In this document: positions 58,682 to 64,000 of the stretch, one piece after another
Layout of the letters: every line of letters starts with the position of its first letter
Numbering within the stretch: position 1 is the stretch's first letter
NCBI GenBank assembly: GCA_049322915.1
Contig: JBMOPW010000032.1
Coordinates: 1-64,000 of the forward strand
Reading direction: 5' to 3'
Origin: Candidatus Zhuqueibacterota bacterium
GTDB taxonomy: Bacteria; Zhuqueibacterota; Zhuqueibacteria; Thermofontimicrobiales; Thermofontimicrobiaceae
DNA: 64,000 nt
Translations under genes and position numbers: made by a program
The notes under the pieces: model-generated
The model's database searches: none
What the model saw: the letters and a program-made list of their open reading frames with translations, nothing else
What the model was told of the DNA's origin: nothing

Positions 58682-60115
58682 ATGTTAATTGAAAAGAATG
58701 ACGAAGTTCGGGTTCGATTTGCTCCAAGTCCGACCGGGTATCTTCACATTGGCGGCGCCAGGACTGCAATTTTTAACTGGCTGTATGCAAGACAGCGTCA
58801 CGGAAAATTCCTGCTTCGAATAGAAGATACTGATGCTGTTCGATCGAATAAAATAATGGTCACGGCCATTTTTGACGGATTGAAGTGGTTGGGAATTGAT
58901 TGGGACGAAGAACCTGTTTTTCAATCGCATCGATTCGAAAATTATCAGAAAATTTGCCGTGATCTGGTGGCGAGTGGGAAGGCTTACCACTGTTATTGTA
59001 CGCGGGAGGAGTTAGCAGCCCGACATCGGGATGCGTTTAAGTACGATGGTTTCTGCAGAAATCTCACAGCGGAAGAAATCGAGAAACATGAGCGCGAAAA
59101 CAGACCATATGTTGTTCGCTTCAAGGTTCAGGCAGGAAAAACATTTTTCAACGATATAGTACGCGGTTCTTTGACATTTGATAACGATGAAATTGATGAT
59201 TTTATCATTCTTCGATCCGATCTCAAACCGACTTATCATTTGGCCGTTGTTGCCGATGATTTTGATATGCGCATCAGCCATGTCATCCGTGGGGATGATC
59301 ATTTGACGAATACGCCAAAGCAGGTGCTATTATATCAGGCGCTTGGCTGGCCATTGCCAAAATTCGCACATGTCCCTTTGATTCTGGGGGCCGATAGAAA
59401 ACGGCTGAGCAAACGGCACGGTGCAACCGCAATTTCCGAGTACAGAACCGCGGGATACCTGTCCGAAGTGATGGTCAATTTTTTAGCGTTGCTGGGGTGG
59501 TCTCCCAAAGCAAATCAGGAAATTCTGCCGCGACAGAAATTGATCGAAAAATTTTCACTCAAAGCGATTTCCAGGAATAGCGCGATCTTTGACGAAGCGA
59601 AATTGAACTGGATGAATGGTCAGTATATCGGTCAAATGACTGATGAGGCGATTTTCCAGGCGCTGACGCCGGTGATAGAGAAAGTTGATTTTCTTGGATT
59701 AAAAAGAGATGATAAAAATTATATTCTGAAAATCATCTCGCTGTTAAAATCTCGGGTAAAGAATCTCAATGAATTTTTTACACTGGGTTACTATTTTTTT
59801 AAAGACCCGGAGATGTACGAGGACGCCGCTGTCCAAAAATATTGGAACGGCGCAGCGAGTGCGGCGAATTTAGTATCTGCAAAATCGGCCTTGTCAATGC
59901 TGGATAGCTTTGACGAGAAGCAAATCGAGAACGCGATCCGATCTCTTGCAGAGAACCAGCAAAAACAATCCGGTGAGTTCATCCATCCAATTCGTCTGGC
60001 GATAACGGGATTCGGAGTGAGTCCAGGATTATTTGAACTCATGGCATGTTTGGGCAAAGACGTTGTATTGCGAAGAATTCAGCGCGCGATAGCATGGCTG
60101 AATAATAAATCATGA
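58682..60115 (+). CDS. gltX: Glutamate--tRNA ligase
   Basis: RFAPSPTGYLHIGG, LRIEDTD, HVIRGDDH, LSKR; the ORF-track N-terminus (58442) is read-through of tRNA genes. Confidence 0.96.
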   Translation: MLIEKNDEVRVRFAPSPTGYLHIGGARTAIFNWLYARQRHGKFLLRIEDTDAVRSNKIMVTAIFDGLKWLGIDWDEEPVFQSHRFENYQKICRDLVASGKAYHCYCTREELAARHRDAFKYDGFCRNLTAEEIEKHERENRPYVVRFKVQAGKTFFNDIVRGSLTFDNDEIDDFIILRSDLKPTYHLAVVADDFDMRISHVIRGDDHLTNTPKQVLLYQALGWPLPKFAHVPLILGADRKRLSKRHGATAISEYRTAGYLSEVMVNFLALLGWSPKANQEILPRQKLIEKFSLKAISRNSAIFDEAKLNWMNGQYIGQMTDEAIFQALTPVIEKVDFLGLKRDDKNYILKIISLLKSRVKNLNEFFTLGYYFFKDPEMYEDAAVQKYWNGAASAANLVSAKSALSMLDSFDEKQIENAIRSLAENQQKQSGEFIHPIRLAITGFGVSPGLFELMACLGKDVVLRRIQRAIAWLNNKS

Positions 60116-60119
60116 TGAT

Positions 60120-60190
60120 TGGGGAGTCGTCCAGCGGCAGGACACGCGGCTCTGGACCGTGTAACCGGGGTTCGAATCCCTGCTCCCCAG
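60120..60190 (+). tRNA. tRNA-Gln(CTG)
   Basis: TGGGGAG/CTCCCCA (U1-A72), loop CTCTGGA. Confidence 0.95.
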
Positions 60191-60275
60191 CTATCTGGTG
60201 AAAAGTGAACGTACGAGCGATCGAGGGCATTCAACGAGATGCAATCTGCTCACTGAAACTCACGAATCACCAACT

Positions 60276-60349
60276 GCGCCCGTAGCTCAATTGGATAGAG
60301 CATCTGACTTCGGATCAGACGGTTGGGGGTTCAAGTCCCTCCGGGCGTA
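60276..60349 (+). tRNA. tRNA-Arg(TCG)
   Basis: GCGCCCG/CGGGCGT, stem TCTGA/TCAGA, loop CTTCGGA. Confidence 0.94.
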
Positions 60350-60368
60350 CTGCATCACCAAAGATAAT

Positions 60369-60441
60369 GGCGCGTTCGTCTAGTGGTCCAGGACGCTGGC
60401 CTCTCACGTCGGTAACACGGGTTCGACTCCCGTACGCGCTA
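60369..60441 (+). tRNA. tRNA-Glu(CTC)
   Basis: GGCGCGT/ACGCGCT, loop CTCTCAC. Confidence 0.94.
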
Positions 60442-60489
60442 CTACCTCGAGATCACAGAATACAACTTTCAAGGCCCAAACAGCACGAT

Positions 60490-60566
60490 GCGCCCGTAGC
60501 TCAATTGGATAGAGCGTTTGGCTACGGACCAAAAGGTTGGGGGTTCAATTCCCTCCGGGCGTACCA
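60490..60566 (+). tRNA. tRNA-Arg(ACG)
   Basis: GCGCCCG/CGGGCGT, loop CTACGGA, encoded CCA. Confidence 0.96.
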
Positions 60567-60594
60567 ACAAACTGCAAAACAATCGCTGAAGATT

Positions 60595-61071
60595 ATGGTT
60601 GATGTTGAAAAATGGATGGAGCAGGCGCTTCTCGAGGCAGAAAAAGCATACCGAAAAAATGAAGTGCCTGTCGGTGCGGTGGTTGTTTACGAAAATAAAG
60701 TGATTGGGAGAGGGCATAATTTAATCGAGACGCTTCAGGACCCGACTGCCCATGCAGAAATTTTAGCGATCACTGCAGCGGCGAATTTTTTAGCTTCCTG
60801 GCGGTTAGATTCCGCCTCTCTTTATGTCACTCTCGAACCCTGTCCAATGTGCGCTGGCGCCATTGTGATTTCACGAATATCAGAAGTTGTTTTTGGCGCG
60901 TTTGATCCCAGGCTGGGGGCGTGTGGTTCCAGAATCAACATAGTGCAGGAAGCGAAATTGAATACCGGGGTTCACATTGTGCCCGGCATATTGCAGTTAA
61001 AATGTGAATCGATTTTAAAAGATTTCTTTAAAAGTCTGAGAACACGAAACGAAACGAATATAGCGATTTAA
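60595..61071 (+). CDS. tadA: tRNA adenosine(34) deaminase TadA
   Basis: EVPVGAVVV, DPTAHAE, VTLEPCPMCAGA; true start 60595 (upstream part of the ORF is tRNA). Confidence 0.95.
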   Translation: MVDVEKWMEQALLEAEKAYRKNEVPVGAVVVYENKVIGRGHNLIETLQDPTAHAEILAITAAANFLASWRLDSASLYVTLEPCPMCAGAIVISRISEVVFGAFDPRLGACGSRINIVQEAKLNTGVHIVPGILQLKCESILKDFFKSLRTRNETNIAI

Positions 61072-61075
61072 ACCA

Positions 61076-61162
<87 letters not shown>

Positions 61163-61211
61163 AGTGTTTTTTTTATTAACAATTGTCAATAGAAAATTGT
61201 TAATTAATAGA

Positions 61212-61302
61212 GGAGAGATGCCGGAGCTGGTCGAACGGGCACGATTGGAAATCGTGTGAGGGGTTTATAGCCCCTCCGAGGGTTCGAATCCCTCTCTCTC
61301 CG
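61212..61302 (+). tRNA. tRNA-Ser(GGA)
   Basis: GGAGAGA/TCTCTCC, loop TTGGAAA, long variable arm. Confidence 0.95.
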
Positions 61303-61324
61303 CTTTTCATTTACAGACAAATAT

Positions 61325-61397
61325 GGGGCAGTAGCTCAGTTGGGAGAGCGCCAGAATCGCACTCTGGAGGCCGTGGGTTCGACCCCCATCTGCTCCA
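61325..61397 (+). tRNA. tRNA-Ala(CGC)
   Basis: GGGGCAG/CTGCTCC with G3:U70, loop ATCGCAC. Confidence 0.94.
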
Positions 61398-61400
61398 CTT

Positions 61401-61671
61401 GGCTGTGCTAGACGGGGAGCTAGCGGTGCCCTGTAACCTGCAATCCGCTATAGCAGGGTTGAAGTCCTCTTTGCGGTTTACTCGCTGGATAATATGGGTT
61501 AGTAAGCGGTGTTGATAGTTAAGTCCTGCGCAATGCAGTACTGCCGAACCCCGTCAGGACCGGAAGGTAGCAGCGGCAAGCAGGATCTTCATGTGCCGTA
61601 GGGTTGCTTGGCTGGAGCTGGCTGCTAAAACATACTACCCGGAAAGAGGAATCAAGGGGAGGTGCACAGCC
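61401..61671 (+). ncRNA. ffs: Large (Alu-domain) signal recognition particle RNA
   Basis: Terminal pairing GGCTGTGC/GCACAGCC; Alu motif GGGGAGCTAGCGGTGCCCTGTAACCTGCAATCCGCT; helix 8 GTCAGGACCGGAAGGTAGCAGC; upstream of dnaX. Confidence 0.93.
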
Positions 61672-61694
61672 TTATTTTTTGGGGATGATGAATT

Positions 61695-61727
61695 GGGGAC
61701 AATTCGATTAAATTGTCCCTTCATTTT
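61695..61727 (+). terminator. Hairpin after SRP RNA, probable terminator
   Basis: GGGACAATT/AATTGTCCC followed by TTCATTTT. Confidence 0.55.
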
Positions 61728-61799
61728 ATAAAGCAGTCACTGGTCACACCGTTTCAGTTTGTTCGTGTTGGCATTACTTGTCCATAGCAGAAGGCTCTC

Positions 61800-63551
61800 A
61801 TGGCTTACCTTGTCTTAGCCAGAAAATGGCGACCTCAAAAATTTGAAGATGTGGTCAATCAAAAACACGTTGTCACCACACTCCAAAACGCTTTGAAGAC
61901 GATGCGGCTGGCCAATGCCTATTTGTTTGCCGGCCCCAGAGGAATCGGTAAGACGACCATTGCGCGGATTCTGGCTAAGGCGATAAATTGTGAACAGGGG
62001 CCTGCACAGAATCCATGCAATACATGCAGTAGTTGCACCGATATTACCGAAGGTCGAAGCCTTGATGTGCTGGAAATCGATGGCGCCTCCAATCGTGGAA
62101 TTGACGAAGTCCGCAATTTAAGAGAAAGCCTCAAATACGCTCCCAATCCCGGCAAATATAAAATCTATATCATCGACGAAGTGCACATGCTCACCACAGA
62201 GGCATTCAACGCGCTGCTGAAAACGTTGGAAGAACCTCCCTCCCGTGTCATGTTTGTCTTCGCCACAACAGAACCGCACAAAGTGCCTGCTACCATTATT
62301 TCCCGCTGTCAACGCTTTGATTTCAAACGAATCACACTGGGCGAAATCATTGAACAACTGAAAAGCGTTTGCTCTCAGGAGAATATCTCGATTGATGATG
62401 ATTCGCTCCAGCTCATTGCTCGTAAGGCAGAGGGCAGTATGCGCGACAGTCAGAGCTTGCTGGATCAGGCGATTTCTTTTTGCGGCGACACCATCCATGC
62501 CAACGAAATCATGGATCTATTGGGAGTGATCAACTGGGAAATTTATTTCGATTTCACAAACCACATTGCAGCGCACGATTTGAAGGCTGGTTTCCAGTTA
62601 GTCGATAAAATATTTTACAATGGCTATGATCTGGTCGAATTCCTTTTGGGCGTCAATGAGCATTTACGTAATATACTCATCACAAAATCGGTTGGGTCCG
62701 TCGAACTCATTGAAGCTTCCGATTTATTCCGACAGCGATATCAGAAGATAGCCCCGCAATTTCAGGAGCAGGATCTCCTCCGCCTCATTCAAATGTCCTC
62801 GGATGCGCAGTACTCAATTAAACGAAGCGCCAATCCCAGAATCTTTTTAGAAATGGTCGTCATGAAAATGATTCAAATGGATAAGACCGAGAAGATTGAG
62901 GCGTTGATTAAAGGGATTGATAGACTCCGTGCGGATATACAAACCGGTGGGCGAACGATTCCTGCAACTGGATATTCCCAGGCGCAACGTCCGGCAAATC
63001 AGGCCAGGGCGTCCGAAAACACTGCGCCCGTTTCCCAGAGCGTTCAAGAAAGCAGCCCTCAGGCTGCTCCAGTGGTGAAAGACAATCCGGTCGAGAAAGC
63101 AAAAGCAGTTCCGGAGGAAGGGGCCGCTGAAGAAGCAGAAACCGATAGCGGTTCGGAGGCCTCCTCTCAACAAGCCAACGCCCAGCTAGAACAAATCAAG
63201 CAACAATGGCCGCAAATCATTGATGAAATCAAGAAACGGAAAATTGCACTGGGTTCATTTTTAGGCGAAGGTCACCCGGAAAAAATTACCGAAGACAATG
63301 TATTGATTATCGGATTCAATGCGGACAATGCATTCCACATGAATTCTGTCAATAAAAACAAGAAGAATATTGAGGAGATTTTTCAGGAAGTACTGGGACT
63401 CTCTCTTCGGATAAAATGTATACAGACAAAAATTCTGTCAGAAGCCACCGCGTCCACGCCGAATGGCAATACCTATATGGACAGGTTGACACAGAAAATA
63501 CCGCTGATCAAGACAATCGTCGATGAATTTGATGGAGAGTTGATTAAATAA
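61800..63551 (+). CDS. dnaX: DNA polymerase III subunit gamma/tau
   Basis: LARKWRPQ, GPRGIGKTT, EIDGASNRG, IIDEVHML, SRCQRF. Confidence 0.97.
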   Translation: MAYLVLARKWRPQKFEDVVNQKHVVTTLQNALKTMRLANAYLFAGPRGIGKTTIARILAKAINCEQGPAQNPCNTCSSCTDITEGRSLDVLEIDGASNRGIDEVRNLRESLKYAPNPGKYKIYIIDEVHMLTTEAFNALLKTLEEPPSRVMFVFATTEPHKVPATIISRCQRFDFKRITLGEIIEQLKSVCSQENISIDDDSLQLIARKAEGSMRDSQSLLDQAISFCGDTIHANEIMDLLGVINWEIYFDFTNHIAAHDLKAGFQLVDKIFYNGYDLVEFLLGVNEHLRNILITKSVGSVELIEASDLFRQRYQKIAPQFQEQDLLRLIQMSSDAQYSIKRSANPRIFLEMVVMKMIQMDKTEKIEALIKGIDRLRADIQTGGRTIPATGYSQAQRPANQARASENTAPVSQSVQESSPQAAPVVKDNPVEKAKAVPEEGAAEEAETDSGSEASSQQANAQLEQIKQQWPQIIDEIKKRKIALGSFLGEGHPEKITEDNVLIIGFNADNAFHMNSVNKNKKNIEEIFQEVLGLSLRIKCIQTKILSEATASTPNGNTYMDRLTQKIPLIKTIVDEFDGELIK

Positions 63552-63671
63552 CGTTGGAACTTTATCATAAGGATAAAGTAACAGATTTTGTGTCCGAGCG
63601 AGGAGTAGTCTTTTATTTTAGCCAGAACTCGTGGAACCGAATTGAGTTGTGGGGGCAAAGGAGAAATTAAC

Positions 63672-64000
63672 ATGAAAAATCTGGGCATTGCAGGTATTTT
63701 GAAACAGGCCCAAAAAATACAGGATGAGATTTCAAGGATTAAGCAGGAATTGGTGGGCATGAAGGTGGTCGGTTCCGCTGGCGGAGGCATGGTGGAAGTG
63801 ACTGCTAACGGCAGGCAGCAAATCATCGAAATTAAGATAGAGCAGGGTCTGGTCAATTCCGAAGATGTGGAAATGCTGGAAGATCTGGTTGTCGCTGCCG
63901 TGAATCAGGCGCTGGAGAAGTCACAGGAATTGGCAACTGAGCATTTGAACAAAGCGACAGGAGGGATGTTGGGCAACCTGCCTGAAGGCCTGAAAATTCC
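63672..64000 (+). CDS. ybaB: YbaB/EbfC nucleoid-associated protein (runs off window end)
   Basis: MKNLGIAGILKQAQKIQ...GSAGGGMVEVTANG...EDVEMLEDLVVAAVNQA; RBS AAGGAG; follows dnaX. Confidence 0.92.
   Translation, partial: MKNLGIAGILKQAQKIQDEISRIKQELVGMKVVGSAGGGMVEVTANGRQQIIEIKIEQGLVNSEDVEMLEDLVVAAVNQALEKSQELATEHLNKATGGMLGNLPEGLKI

Noticed and set aside
60367..60594. 76-aa N-terminal extension of TadA in the ORF track
   Set aside because: Overlaps tRNA-Glu and tRNA-Arg genes; the real start is 60595.
61175..61204. 10-bp inverted repeat ATTAACAATT/AATTGTTAAT between tRNA-Ser genes
   Set aside because: AT-only spacer hairpin, plausible by chance or as a processing structure; no further support.
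62900..63200. Programmed frameshift in dnaX producing gamma
   Set aside because: No A-AAA-AAG or long A-run slippery site with downstream hairpin was seen in the linker region.

Overview
Origin-proximal, almost entirely + strand chromosomal segment from a Gram-negative, probably anaerobic bacterium. The T9SS-type CTD, PorV-like barrel, large SRP RNA and PFOR suggest an FCB-superphylum lineage such as KSB1/Calditrichota-like (inference). Order: candidate oriC with four ~33-bp-phased non-canonical boxes, dnaN-recF-dciA(DUF721)-gyrB-gyrA, hypothetical, FecR-like, patatin-POTRA-Omp85 (minus strand), bioY-nagK-anmK-pdxA-MTase-ftsEX, hrcA-grpE-dnaJ (no dnaK)-comEA-pilin-like-pilM-like-pilN/O-like, rsmD-coaD. 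A ~17 kb accessory locus follows (26.7-43.7 kb), then metH-rubredoxin-thiI, an M28 peptidase, an icd remnant, PFOR, obgE, dprA, DUF362, a cluster of nine tRNAs around gltX/tadA, large SRP RNA, dnaX and ybaB. The best candidate for an undescribed system is the 26.7-43.7 kb locus. It encodes a 2702-aa T9SS-CTD Ig-repeat surface protein, a free-standing copy of its tip domain, a PorV-like barrel with a TPR tail, a membrane sensor fusing an RsbW-type kinase with a SpoIIE/PP2C phosphatase, and a STAS protein. The last two share a helix-turn-helix domain resembling IS481 transposase N-termini, and no sigma factor is encoded in the locus. All calls are by eye from motifs; no database search was run.
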